Part shown: piece after piece, positions 52,275 to 64,000 of the stretch
Numbering within the stretch: position 1 is the first letter of the stretch
Layout: every line of letters starts with the position of its first letter
NCBI RefSeq assembly: GCF_004010195.1
Contig: NC_057759.1
Span: forward strand, 343,518 to 407,517
Reading direction: 5' to 3'
Origin: Chiloscyllium plagiosum
Lineage: Eukaryota
DNA length: 64,000 bases
Program-made: the position numbers and the translations under genes
The notes under the pieces: model-generated
What the model was told of the DNA's origin: nothing
The model's input: the letters and a program-made list of their open reading frames with translations, nothing else
Database searches by the model: none

Positions 52275-52480
52275 TAGATTAGATTAGATTACTTAGTGTG
52301 GAAACAGGCCCTTCGGCCCAGCAAGTCCACACCGCCCCGCCGAAGCGCAAACCACCCATACCCCAATATTTACCCCTTTACCTATTCACCTGGCCAATTC
52401 ATCTGACCTGCACATCTTTGGACTGTGGGAGGAAACCGGAGCACCCGGAGGAAACCCACGCAGACACGGGGAGAATGTGC
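52275..52480 (-). mobile_element. HE1/V-SINE, 5'-truncated
   Basis: (ttaga)n tail plus body. Confidence 0.85.
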
Positions 52481-52599
52481 AAGGATCAAAAGGAAAGTTG
52501 TCTTACAGTAAACAGTCAGCTTCCAGGTGGCAAATACTATCTGTCCCTGCTGAGTTTCTCCAACAATTTCTGTGTTTCCTTTTATTTCTATCATTCATT

Positions 52600-53220
52600 G
52601 CCTGAAGAAAGCTAATTGAATGCTGGCCATTATAATTGAGAGATCTGGTGTACAAGGATGCAGAAGGGATGCTGCAGTTATACAAAACCCTGGTTCGACA
52701 CCACTTGGAGCAGATCTGGGCACCACACCTGAGAAAGGATAGATTGGCCTGGTAAGGAGTACAGCGTGACTTTACAAAAATGATACCTGGACTTCAGGGG
52801 TTAAGTTATGAGGAGAGATTATACAAATTAAGCCTGTTCTGTCCAGAATTTACAGGATTCATGGATGATCTGATCAAAGAAAAGACAGGGTATGGAAATT
52901 GAAAGTGTTTCCACTGGTCGGAGATCCTAGAACTAGGGAGGGCATAGCCAGAGAATTAGGGACAGACTGTTCAGGAGAGATGCTAGGAAGTATGACTATT
53001 CACAAAAGCTGGGAGAGGTTTGGAACTCTTTTCCACAAACAGCAGGCATTGCTAGATCAGTTGTTAGTTTTAAGTCAGAGAGAGAAAGAGAGTGTTTTTG
53101 TTCAGCAAAGTTATTAAGGGGAATAGGGGCCAAAGGTAGGTCTATGGAGTCAGGTCACACATCAGCCATTGAATGGTGGAGCATGCTGAATGGGTTGAAT
53201 GGTCTCCTCCTGCTCCTTTA
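52600..53220 (+). mobile_element. Decayed CR1 3' fragment
   Basis: MLQLYKTLVRHHLE codons and CR1 tail. Confidence 0.75.
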
Positions 53221-54274
53221 CATGAATATTCCACATTAATATATCATGGAACTCCCTGCAGTTACAAAGTGGCATTTCCACACACTGGAGCAATTAGTGA
53301 TTTCAAATGGAAACTGAAAGTCCAGATATTTTATTTTCACACATTCCAGATCTCCACCATCCTCTGGGTGAAACAATCCTCAAATCCATCTCTAAACCTC
53401 TTACCCTTCAGTTTAAAAACTATGAAGGCAAATGTTCTAAACAGCTTCTCAAACACCCTGTCTACACGTGACACAACCTTCAAAGAATTATGCACCTGAA
53501 ACCCTCGGGCTCTGCTCTACAACACTACCAATCTTACACTCTGCTATCAAGTTCCCCCTCACCCATCAACCTTCTGTGCTATAAAGGAAACAACCCAAAC
53601 TACCCTCCCCAACACTTCCAGGAAGAGATTTGTTTTTGTGGATCTTTCCAATCAGCCGAATACCAGCATGAATACTGACTAGTACGTGACGGTGTAGGAT
53701 CAGCAGCTCACAGATTCATACTCGCCATTCAATCGGCTTGACCCGATCTCTGCGTGTTTGAAATTTCTTGCAGGTCTGTCCTCACTCGGGCCCTCAGCTC
53801 GATTTCCCATCGTCCCCCCCCCGGAATGAAATAATTCCAGATCATCACCCAACCGAGTTCCAATCCCAATCGTGATAACAAGTTGCTGCTGTACGTGTAT
53901 GAAAACTCCTGGCAACAAGGTCACTGAGCCAAGGTCCCACGGAACGACCTCCTGGAATTATCCAGAATGTGGTTGAGAACTTCTACGTTCATAGAATCAT
54001 AAAGTTTTACTGTACGGAAGGAGGCCATTTGTGTCTGTACCAGCTCCTGAATGAGCTACCCAGGTAGTCCCACTCTCCAGCCCTATCTCTGTAGCCCTCT
54101 AACATCATCCCTTCCAAATTTATATCCAGCTCTCTTTTCTCTCTTGCCTGTGAAGGTAAGGTGTTACACATAAAGAAATAGCCAACAGATCAAAGGTGCA
54201 TCTCCAACATGATCTAATATTCTCCATTCAATACTTGCTGTCACTGGAATTAATTTCTTTTCTGCCCTCTGCTT

Positions 54275-54445
54275 TGTGTTGGGTTAGCTCAGTTGGCTGG
54301 ATGGCTGGTTTGAAATATAGAGTAACATCGACCGCGTGGGTTTGAATCTCTCACTGACTGAGGTTACCGTGAAGAACTGTCCTTCTCCATCTCTCCCCTT
54401 GTGTGAGGCATGGTAACCCTCAGATTAAACCACCACCTACCAGTT
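54275..54445 (+). mobile_element. tRNA-derived SINE fragment (another family)
   Basis: gggttagctcagttgg A box and gggtttgaatc B box. Confidence 0.5.
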
Positions 54446-54764
54446 ATCTCTCTCTCTCTCTCTCTGACACACCAGCTGAGGTCCACCAGTGTCTTTTATA
54501 ACTTCAATACCACTTCCTTGTTCTCAGACTCTATGCCCTTATTAATAAAACCAAGAATGTTATGTGTTTTATTAACTGCTGTCTCCCTGTTATGCCGCCT
54601 TCACTGATCTGTGGACATATACCCCCAGCTCCAAACCTGCTCGAGTTTTTTTTAAACCCCCCTAAATGTATTGTCTTTCCATTTCTTTCAACCAACGCCC
54701 TTCACCAAATTTGTGTTGAATCACGTTTGTCTTTATTTTCGAATGTTCACAAATTCGATTACAT

Positions 54765-55010
54765 GACATTACATTACAGTGTGGAAACAGGCCCTTCGGC
54801 CTAACAAGTCCACACCGACCCGCCGAAGCGCAACCCACCCATACCCCTACATTTACCCCTTACCTTACACTACGGGCAATTTAGCATGGCCAATTCACCT
54901 GACCTGCACATTTTTGGACTGTGGGAGGAATTGAACCTGAGGCAGGAATTGAACCCAGGTCTCAGGCGCTGTGAGGCAGCAGTGCTAACCACTGTGCCAC
55001 CATGCCGCTC
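54765..55010 (-). mobile_element. HE1/V-SINE with an internal deletion
   Basis: Matches 18186-18486 without the central ~50 bp. Confidence 0.85.
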
Positions 55011-55099
55011 ACCTTAATTAAAATCTATTATTTTGTTAAATAAAACTTAATTTTCTCCCTCCTAGCAGTTTTGCTCTTAACTAACAATATAACTCCAAA

Positions 55100-58000
55100 A
55101 GAACATCCAGGCTGGCATCAGGTCGAGTCCACTTGGCCCCTCAGGAATCTGCTCTGCTATTCCATACGATTGCAGCTGATCCCATCTCAGCCTTACCTTC
55201 ACTTTCCTGCAAACACTCACTTTGACCCATCACTGATTAACAATCTGTCTGTCTCCTCCAATTTATGCAGTGGTGGTGGTGGTGTGCAGTGGTGGTGGGG
55301 AGTTGGACGGGGGGTGATGTTCCCACAGATGTACAACCCCCTCCTCATTTGAGAGAATTCATTGCTCCTTACCTCTGTTTTCACTCTGCCCAGCCCCTTA
55401 TCATGAAATGATAACCTTTTATTCTAGATTCGCCCACATGAGCAAACATCCTCTCCGCAACCCCTTTGTCAATACCCCCTTTAGCATCTTATAACCTTCC
55501 GTTAGATCTCCTCTCTTCCAAACTCCAGAGAAACTGCTCAATCTCCCATCTAAGACAAACCCTTCATCTCTGGAAATGATTGGGTGAATCTCCTCTGAAC
55601 TACCTCCAGTATAAACTGCATCTGTCCTCAAGTAAAGAGATCAAAATTGTACCAGTCTCTTTTCATAAGACTAAACTTTCATCTGGGCAATCAATTCAGT
55701 GATCTCCTTTGAACTCCCTCCAATTACATCCCTACTCAAGGAATGGGACCAAAAGTGTCTGCAGTATTCCGGATGTGGAAACCCCAATCCCTTGTACAGT
55801 TGTAGTAACAATTACCTACTTCCATAATAAATGTCTTCCTTGTGACCTGCTGTAGCCTTTGCACTGACATTTTGAACTTTCTCTCCCATTCAGATGATAA
55901 GTTGCCTTTTTCAATTCTTCCAACTGCAATGAATAACCTCACCACTAATGGGACTGGCCAACGCTCAGTTCAAAGTCTAACGGAAATTGAGAGAGTGTGT
56001 CCTCAATTTGAACTGTTGTGCTTTAGATTTGCAAATGAGTCAGACACAACGGTTCATTTGCTCCAATTTGTCTAACTGATGTAAAATTGCTGGGTTTGCA
56101 CCTGAGTGATTTTCAGACCATTTGGACAGTGTTTGAACGTGTCTCTCTCTCTCACACACAGATGTACACATTCATACTCTCACTCAAACGCACTACACAC
56201 ACACACTCTCTCATACGCACACCCTCATACACTATGTGAGCAACATCAGTTTGAAACCTACATCGAGTGCAGACTGGAGAACGATCACCAGGGTTACCTG
56301 CTGGAATGTCTCACCCACCTTGTTTCCAATCCCGGAGTTTAATGGGAAGCAATGTGAGGAGAGAAAGGATCAGAAACAGTGGGACGATGAGTACTGCCAT
56401 CTCAGTGCTGTGTGCCTGTGCTGGATTCAGAGATGGATTTCCTGTCAATAACATCATTCCTTCAGCAAACACCAACCCCAGTGTTTCCTGTTCCCTGTTG
56501 CCCTGACCCCCTGCCAACACTCGTGTCTGTAAAATTCTCTCCAAACCCTCACCATTACATTGACATCATTGTTTCTGTGCAGGCCTGTCTCATTAACAAT
56601 ATCCCACCAATCCAACAGAAATTATTCCATGCTAAACTCAAAAGATCGCTCTTCACCCACTTTCTCTAAATTGTCAACTAGAAATTACTGTCCTTCATTT
56701 TCACGGCCTGCATATATCGAGGCAAAACTTCCCTTGTCCTCCACCTGTCAGTGGCAACTGGGCCATTCACAGGGAAACATCAAAAATATCATCAGGAGGG
56801 GGCCATTTGGCCTCTCTAGTCTGCTCCACCCATTCGAAGGGATCATGGCTGATCACCCAACACAGTCCCCTCTCCCCGCACTCTCCCTTTAGCCCCTAAG
56901 AACTCAATCCAAATCCTTCCTGAACAACATCCAGTATTCTGGCCCTGACTGCTTTCTGTGACAGAGAATTCCACAGGCTCCCCACTCTCTGGGTGAAGAC
57001 ATTTCTCCCCAGCTCAGTCCCACTCTATTTCCTTTTGACCGTGACCCTCTAGTTCTGGACTCTCCGCCCAGTCACAGGGAACACCCTCCCTGCGTTTACT
57101 CTGTTTCATCCTTCAAATTTATAGGTTTCTATGAGATTTCCCCCTTAATTCTTCTAAACTCCAGTGAATATCATCCTAACCATTCCTGTCTCTCTCCATC
57201 TGTCAGTCCTGCCATCCCAGGAATCATTCTGGAAAACCTTCACTGCACTCCCTCCATAAGCACAATATCCCTCCTCAAATAAGGAAACCTCAAACTGCTC
57301 ACACAGTTCACCAGGGTGTGGTCTCACAGTGTCCAATTGTAAAGAGACATCCCTGCACTTGGACTTGAATCCTCTCGCTATGAAGGCCTCCCTTATCTAA
57401 GAAAGGATATTACTCTCTCTCTCTCTCTCCCTTCCCCCCACAAATGCTGCCGACCTGCTGAGTTTCTGAAGTAATTTTTTTTAAGAGTGTTCCTGTCAAG
57501 ACTTCAGCTGGACCCCAGTGAAGAACAAGCACAGATCAAAGATGAAGAATGAATTACCTAGCTCTGAGGTTGATGGAATTCGTGGTCACATTAAATATCG
57601 TTCCAAACCCTGGTGATCGCAACAAGGTATCAGCCTTGGTGCTGGGACTGGAAGGATTCAATGGCCAGCTCTCTCCTGTCTGAGCTAAAGTTGTAATTCC
57701 CGCTGGCATTGTTTAAGGCTTACCTTTGAAGGTACCATTGAAAGCACGGTCCTGTACCTCGACACAATACACACTCGAACAAGACGATTCCCAATCAGAA
57801 CCTCCATTTTATTGACTCTGGGGGTGAAGAAAATGTCAGGAACTGGAAGAAAACAAGACAAAGAGGAAATAAAAGATTGGATGTTGAAATTGTCTTTCTT
57901 TTTGCAGATGTTATCTTCTATGACAAGATAATAACCGACAAAGGAGAAATAAAACAACTGAGATTTCACATCATTGCAAAGTTTTCATCTGTTATAAAAT

Positions 58001-59790
58001 CTACACTTCAAAAGATTTGTGTTAACTATGGATGGTCAAATCCAACCTTTGCCCTCTTGATGTTTAATGGTATTACTGTCACTGTCCCCAACCCCTGCTG
58101 TATCAAATCCTAGGGGTTACATTACTAACCCCATACCCCACAGTATCAACATCCTGGGAGTTACTGTCACTGTCCCCACCCCCAAACCACATTCAACATC
58201 CTGGGAGTTACCGTCACTGTCCCAACCCCCACCCCACTGTCAATCCTGGGGGTTAATCACAGGTCCCCCCACACCCACACTGTCAACATTCTGGGAGTTA
58301 CCGTCAATGTCCCCACACCCACCTCCTGTCAACATCCTGGGGTTACCGTCACTGTCCCCATCCCGCACCCCCCCAATTTGAACATCTTCCATGCCAGTTA
58401 AAAGCAACCATCTCTCTGTTTTCAAATACCAGACTCCCAGTTGTAAGGTCATAGAACCGAAACAGGCCCTTTGACCCAACTCGTCCATGCTTACGAAGTC
58501 TCCAAACAGAACTAGCTGCATTTGCTTGTGTTTGACCCATATCCGTCAAAATCTTTCCTATCCATGCATCTTTCCAAATGTCTCTTAGAGGTTGTTATTG
58601 TATCCTCTTCTACCACTTCCTCTGGCAGCTCATTCCAAAAAACACACCACCCTCTGTGTGATAAAGTTACCCCTCAGGTTGCTTTAAAATCTTTCCCCTC
58701 TCACCTTAAACCACTGTCTTCTAGTTTTGGACTCCCCGTCCTGGGGAAAAGACCTTGACTATTCACCTTATCCAAGCCCCTATTTCTGCAACAATATACA
58801 TATGAAACATCAAAGACCACTTAACGTGAGTCTAGCCTTGGATTGCAAGTGCACATCTAAATCGTTTTTCAATGTGATGAGGATTTCTGCCTGTGAGAAA
58901 CAAAAGCTCACTCACTTTAATAATTTCAGTCCGAGACTAATTTCTGAATCAGCCATTTATTTGTACACCTATAGATGGGTGCTTTGTCTAATTACCTGGT
59001 AAGGTAATGACAAAATGCACACTATATCCAAAAAACCCTCGCTATTTATACCATATGTTTTCCTTATTCCATTGTCTGTTCCCTGCTTCGCTTACGTCAC
59101 AGATTTCCTTAAGACTTATCCCACAACTTCTGTTTATCCTGTTTTGTCCGTGACAAACTCTTATCTCTGACTCCCATAAGGGTGTTTGACGTCAGTCTAC
59201 TGTAGGTTATTGATTAGGCATATCTTTTCTTCTATCAGCATCTATTTCCATCCAGAGGCCACTTTGACCTCTTTGATTAGGGTTTGTTCCTGTGTCCCCG
59301 TGTAAGGGGGAAACAGATGCTTTCCTGTTTGCCCATATATCCACCATTGTTCTGTATTCATGTCTCATGCTTTCTTTTTGCTGAATATGTATTTTCTCAT
59401 TCCTATTCTGTATCAGAATTTATACTTGCAGAAATAACATTAATTCATTTATATCCCACATGCCTCTCGCACCCTTACAGACAGTGAGTTCCAGACCTCC
59501 ATCACCCTTTCAGTGAAAATGTTTTCCCTCACATCCCCCTTGAAACCCCCAACCCTTACTTTAAATCCATGCCCCTCCCCCAGTCATTGATCCTTCCTAT
59601 CTACACCCCTCATTATTTTATACATCTCAATCATGTCCCCACACTCTCAATCTGCTCTAAGGAAAACAACCCCAGTCTGTCCAATCTCTCTCCATCACAA
59701 ACTCTCCAGCCCCCAAGACAATAACCTGGTAAGTCTCTCTCTGCATGCTTCCCCAAGTGCTATCACATTGCTCCGATAATGTTGATTTGT
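55100..59790 (-). mobile_element. Several antisense CR1 3' fragments in introns of the Ig relic (about 55100-55930, 56790-57400, 58450-58780, 59430-59790)
   Basis: Reverse complements of the CR1 tail and RT C-terminus. Confidence 0.65.
58060..58375 (+). repeat. Minisatellite, ~43-48 bp unit (tcaacatcctgggagttaccgtcactgtccccacccc...)
   Basis: Unit starts near 58146, 58194, 58240, 58283 and 58329. Confidence 0.85.
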
Positions 59791-59817
59791 ATAGAGTTGC
59801 TTAAAAACTCACTGAAA

Positions 59818-60082
59818 TGGCGATAAATTTGCTGTTCAGGAGAGACCCTGCCTGCTGGTTAGAAACAGCACAGTGCTAATTGCCGTCTTGACGTTTGCTG
59901 ATGTTGATGGTTGTGTGTACGGTTCTGCAGTGGTTGGAGTATTCCCAGTTGGCGATAAATTTGCAGTTCAGGAGAGACCCTGCCTGCTGGTTAGAAACAG
60001 CACAGTGCTAATTGCCCTCTTGACCGTTTGCTGATGTTGATGATTGTGTGTACGGTTCTGCAGTGGTTGGAGTATTCCCAGT
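59818..60082. repeat. ~132-bp tandem duplication inside the Ig exon
   Basis: 59818-59949 and 59950-60082 are near-identical. Confidence 0.95.
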
Positions 60083-60488
60083 AAATCTCCTCACTATCCT
60101 TACAGAAAATATATTCAACTGGGGTCGAAACGACTGGTTTAAGGAGGTGCTGTCTCCCTCCACTACCTCATTTCCAGTGTGGACACTCAGCTCTTGGACT
60201 GACACAGGGATGCCTGTGATTAAACCAAACTGTTAGGCACTTTTCTAAGGCAGGAGTTGCTGTTTTCAACAACAAACAGTACTCCCACAGTCAGAGAGAG
60301 TTAGAGTCAGAGAGAGGCAGGGAGAAACAGAGACATAGACACACACACAGGCATATAGAGTTACATAGAAACATAGTCAGAGTCAGAAAGAGGCACAAGA
60401 TCACAGCGTCATCGAGATTAATCGACATAAAGTAAGTCATAGACAGTCCAACAGAGAGAGATAGAGACCTCGCAGTATGTACAATATA

Positions 60489-60760
60489 CCTCACCGGGGG
60501 GAGGATCTCTCCTGTCCCCCTCCACCCCCCAATAACCACCATCCTGACCCTCGGGAACGGGACATGTTGACACAGTCCGCTCTCCCTCGGCGCTTTTCCT
60601 TCCCGCGTGGCCCCGGCGCCATTTTAGCTTCAGGCCCCGCGCGAGATGGCGGTTAACGGCCGCCTCGTGCCCCAAGTGACCGTTAGCAGCTGCTTCAGGG
60701 GAAAGGCTCTTTAAAGGGACAACCCTTTCAGGAGAGAGAAACAACAGGGCCGGCTCTGGA
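60489..60760 (-). promoter_or_regulatory. CpG-island promoter and first exon (minus)
   Basis: YY1-type CGCCATTTT at 60617-60625 and AGATGGCGG at 60644-60652; donor CCG|GTGAGG at 60494-60489. Confidence 0.6.
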
Positions 60761-60778
60761 ACTCGCCAAACTCAATAA

Positions 60779-61430
60779 TGTAAGAAATGGGAAAGTGTTG
60801 TTTTCGCAGATATAGCAAAAAGGTAGTGATAATAAGCTTAAGTATAGTGCTGATAAATCAAATGCTTCTAAGAAAAACAAGCGTGTGCGTGCAGAAAAGG
60901 GGAACAACGGAAAACCGTTAGTGGATAATTGGGTACTAACTTTAATGCATAATTATTCTAGCAAATAATTTTTTTCATCATGATAGTTTAAATAATTTAG
61001 TCTCAGCAAACTAGCTGAGATAGCTGAAATGCATAAACTAGGCAAGAAAGGACACATTGTTAAAATATTCAGGAATGGAATGTACCTATGAACAATGGAA
61101 GATTTTACAAGCAAACAGATAAAATGAAAGGAACATCAAGATCCAAGTTTAGCAAAATCTCCCTTATGTCAGCACTTACAGAGGGAAGGGTCGCCAACTT
61201 GGAAAAGGGGGGAATAATAAGAGCGGATTGCAAGTTATTCAGAGAATAAAGTTGATTGGGTAATGTAGGAGTCAGAAGAGGCGACCTCACGCAGCTCAAA
61301 AGTATAACTGTGTTTGAATGCTCATTGCTCATTTGCTTCTGCATTTGATGCCCTTGCAAGATCGTAGAATAAATTGTCTTGTTTCCAGTTTTGGTGGTCT
61401 CGTCTAATTTTATTAAATTTATTTCTAACA
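60779..61430 (+). mobile_element. ERV 5' LTR (652 bp)
   Basis: Termini TGTAAGAAAT...ATTTCTAACA (9/10 inverted match); TATAA at 61303; AATAAA at 61368; degenerate PBS TGCTGCCAGTCACCTGGAT at 61435-61453 resembling a tRNA-His PBS. Confidence 0.85.
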
Positions 61431-61834
61431 GATTTGCTGCCAGTCACCTGGATATATCCGGGTATCTGGGCGACTGGGGTAGGCAGCAGTAGTTGCTGCC
61501 AGGTGGATATATCTGGTTATTGCTGCGGGACGGGGCATGCTGAAACGACCAGGTACCTCTTGTGCACAGACCAAGGTAAGAAAATTGACCTTTAAGTATT
61601 GCCTTAGTGGTCGGGGATGTACGAGAAGTATGGGGAATTGGCAACACATAAAATAAAGTATTTAATTGGCTAGATTAATGTGATGAGTAAGGTGTCTACC
61701 TGATTCGACCACCGGTTGTTAAGAGGGGAAATCCCCCACGCGAAGGTCAGGAGCCTGAAGCGGATGTGGAAGAAGGTGACACCGGACCTCAGTAAGGTTA
61801 ATTAAATTACATAAAGAAACGGCCGAGTATTAAA

Positions 61835-63351
61835 ATAGGAAATAAGAATAGTTGTTTAAGCGTCGAAGGAGACGTGAGAGGGACGACCGAGGACCACATC
61901 CCACCGGACAGTCTTTTAGGAAAAATGTTAAGAGATTGGAAGTACAATCCTCTGATGCGAGGAAAGGATAAAAAACAAATGATAAAATGTCAATGAAAAA
62001 CAGCCTTAGTCAGGAGGAATCAGATTATGCTTCGTGTCAGAAGGGCTCGTCGCTGAAGGGCTACTGAGGGTATATTTCGTAACTAACTTATAGCCAGACA
62101 TCTAGAAAAAGATTCAAAAGCTAGTGGAGTCATTGCAGGAAGCTCAAAGTGTCTGTGTGATATGGTGCCTGTGTGTGTGTGAGAGAGAGAAAAGAAAAGC
62201 TGTACAGCTAACAGAAAGTTTAACCCTTTGTGATTCGGTTTGAATGCACATTTGTTTGTTGGTGATTGAATGTTTGTGCTTTGTTCCCTGGAGCTTCAGA
62301 TCTGGGACTGTTTTGAATCTGATTTCTATTATGGAAATTTTAACATGATTTCTTTTAAGGTTAAGGATTTTACAGATTATGAAATAAAATGTTAACTCCT
62401 GCTCTTTTTACAGGTCATGACTGCCTTACTATCGGTTTCTAACTAGTCTCTTTTATCCTTACATAAAAGCGATTTATGGAGGACAGTTGAAGTCTCAGTT
62501 CAACACTAGATTGTAATAAATCAAAAAAAAATCCTATGGTTAAAATTGGTGACCTTGGATTCGGCCATTATTCATGCATTCGAATTTTTTTTTTAACTTG
62601 AATAGACAAATCCTTTTTAAGGCAGCTCTGGTTATTTCACGACCTATAGCATTGTAATTGAGCAATGACTGGTCAGGACTACTTAAGAAAACTAATTTTG
62701 GATTTAAATCAGGGGACTAAAACCAGGTAATTATAATGGATTTAAAGTTGGGAACTGTATGCATTTTACATTTTAAATATTAAACACTGAATAAATGAAT
62801 TTATAATATATAAATATATATTTACAAGTAAGATTCCAAAATGTATAGTTAGGAATAGGCTTTAAAGTTAGACAAACCATAAATTGTATTTGAGATTACA
62901 GGGAGCAAGAAATATTGCATTATTTCTTTTTTTAAAAAAAAAATCAAGGTCTAAACAAAACATTGGGTGATGAGGAATGGCCATGAGGTGGCCCTAAAGC
63001 TGTTTAGTTGGTTAAATCGGCTCAGCAATTGATCTGGCAACGTAACATGAGAAGCAGAAACAGAAGGCAAAAATAATGATAGCCACGGTTGATGAGGTAA
63101 TAAAGAAAAGGACACAACTAAAAGGAGAAGCCAACCGGAATGGTGGCGGGCAGCATGTTGAAAATAAGGGGAGGAGAAGGATTCGGGGAGGAGATGTTAA
63201 GGGGTCTGGTAGACAAGAACAAGGATCAAAGTGGAATTCCCCACAGGCAGGATGTTATTACTGTGGAAAGACAGGTCACTTTAAGAGAGAGTGTCTAGAT
63301 CTGAAAAAGGAAGTAAAGGTAGTGCCGTTTATGAACCTCAATGAAAAATAG
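61835..63351 (+). pseudogene. gag: Class I (HERV-I-like) ERV gag remnant: MA start and NC zinc knuckle, middle deleted or replaced
   Basis: (ATA)GNK..IPPDSLLGKMLRDWK..KKQMIKC at 61835-61996; KQKAKIMIAT..CYYCGKTGHFKREC (CCHC); TAG GGG TGT CAG gag-pol readthrough-type junction at 63349. Confidence 0.8.
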
Positions 63352-63618
63352 GGGTGTCAGGAGTTCCTGCCCCCGGGGAGAAGTCACAAGTGACTGGTAA
63401 ACAAACAGAACTGCATGATTACAGTTGTTAAAATGTTTTAGTCACTTGTTGCGTTTCCACCCTGAATTATATAATATATATAATTAATAATTAATATTTA
63501 TAATAAATCAATTGTGTTAGCCTGAATCAATATTAATTGGCAGGATTCCGTCATACATTCTCAGTGACCTGTCATATTGATTCATGGTTAATTTAAAACA
63601 TGACTGCATTAATTCATT

Positions 63619-63743
63619 CCTGAAGAAGGGCTCATGCCCGAAACATCGGTTCTCCTGCTCCTTGGATGCTGCCTGACCTGCTGCGCTTTTCCAGCAACAC
63701 ATTTTCAGCTCTGATCTCCAGCATCTGCTGTCCTCACTTTCTC
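63619..63743 (+). mobile_element. ~125-bp hammerhead-headed short element with a 15-bp flanking direct repeat
   Basis: CTGAAGA-A-GGGCTCATGCCC-GAAACATC at 63620-63647; ctgcattaattcatt at 63604-63618 and 63744-63758. Confidence 0.8.
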
Positions 63744-63789
63744 CTGCATTAATTCATTGTTAATTAAAGAATGAAAAGCTACGTTACTG

Positions 63790-64000
63790 GCCAGTGTGTG
63801 CAGGCAGTGGCAGCAACAGCCTTATTGGGAGACGAGAGTCGGAAACTTACTTTTTGGGGAGCCTTAATAGTCAGCACCCCACATCAGGTATGGACCATAT
63901 TAAATCAGAAAGTAGGACGATGGCTCACAGACCGTAGGATCTTGAAATATGAGACAATCTTAATAGAGCAGAATGACCGTGTGTTAGTCACAGACAGTTG
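63790..64000 (+). pseudogene. pol: ERV pol remnant (RT connection/tether region), frameshifted
   Basis: CVQAVAATALLGDESRKLTF / GGALIVSTPHQVWTILNQKVGRWLTDRRILKYETILIE. Confidence 0.85.

Larger units (their letters stand above)
53700..60213 (-). pseudogene. Fc-receptor-like / PECAM-like Ig-superfamily receptor pseudogene: Ig exon 60213-~59810, Ig exon 57842-57558, TM exon 56441-56319, probable cytoplasmic exon from 54147
   Basis: IPVSVQELSVHTGNEVVEGDS..PVEYIFCKD..QDGN*HCAVSN; EVLIGNRLVRVCIVS/GTGPCFQWY..RELAIESFQSQHQG*Y; MAVLIVPLFLILSLLTLLPI-KLRDWK; phase-1 AG acceptors; stops and frameshifts. Confidence 0.75.

Overview
This is vertebrate genomic DNA, most likely from an elasmobranch (shark). 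That is inferred from HE1/V-SINE-type SINEs, CR1/HER1-type LINEs and shark-style H1 and zinc-finger genes. The window is repeat-dominated and has four N gaps. Only two intact protein genes are visible: a histone H1 (20359-21015) and a canonical replication-dependent histone H3.2 (21961-22371), both on the + strand. Decayed genes are two C2H2 zinc-finger pseudogenes, a multi-exon Fc-receptor-like/PECAM-like Ig-superfamily receptor pseudogene (minus strand, about 53700-60213, not evident from the ORF track), and a HERV-I-like class I endogenous retrovirus starting at 60779 (LTR, PBS, gag and pol remnants). Mobile DNA includes many CR1 fragments, L2 and Rex1 bits, HE1 and SacSINE1-like SINEs, a TA-flanked MITE and Penelope-like elements (PLEs). 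The most notable observations are: (1) at least three repeat families carry minimal type-I hammerhead ribozyme motifs with covarying stems, including a ~125-bp TSD-flanked unit; (2) the H1 gene has a broken 3' stem-loop but an intact HDE and tandem AATAAA signals; (3) an old inverted segmental duplication brackets the histone pair; (4) the FCRL-like receptor relic lies near histone and ZNF genes. All calls were made by eye, and repeat boundaries are approximate.
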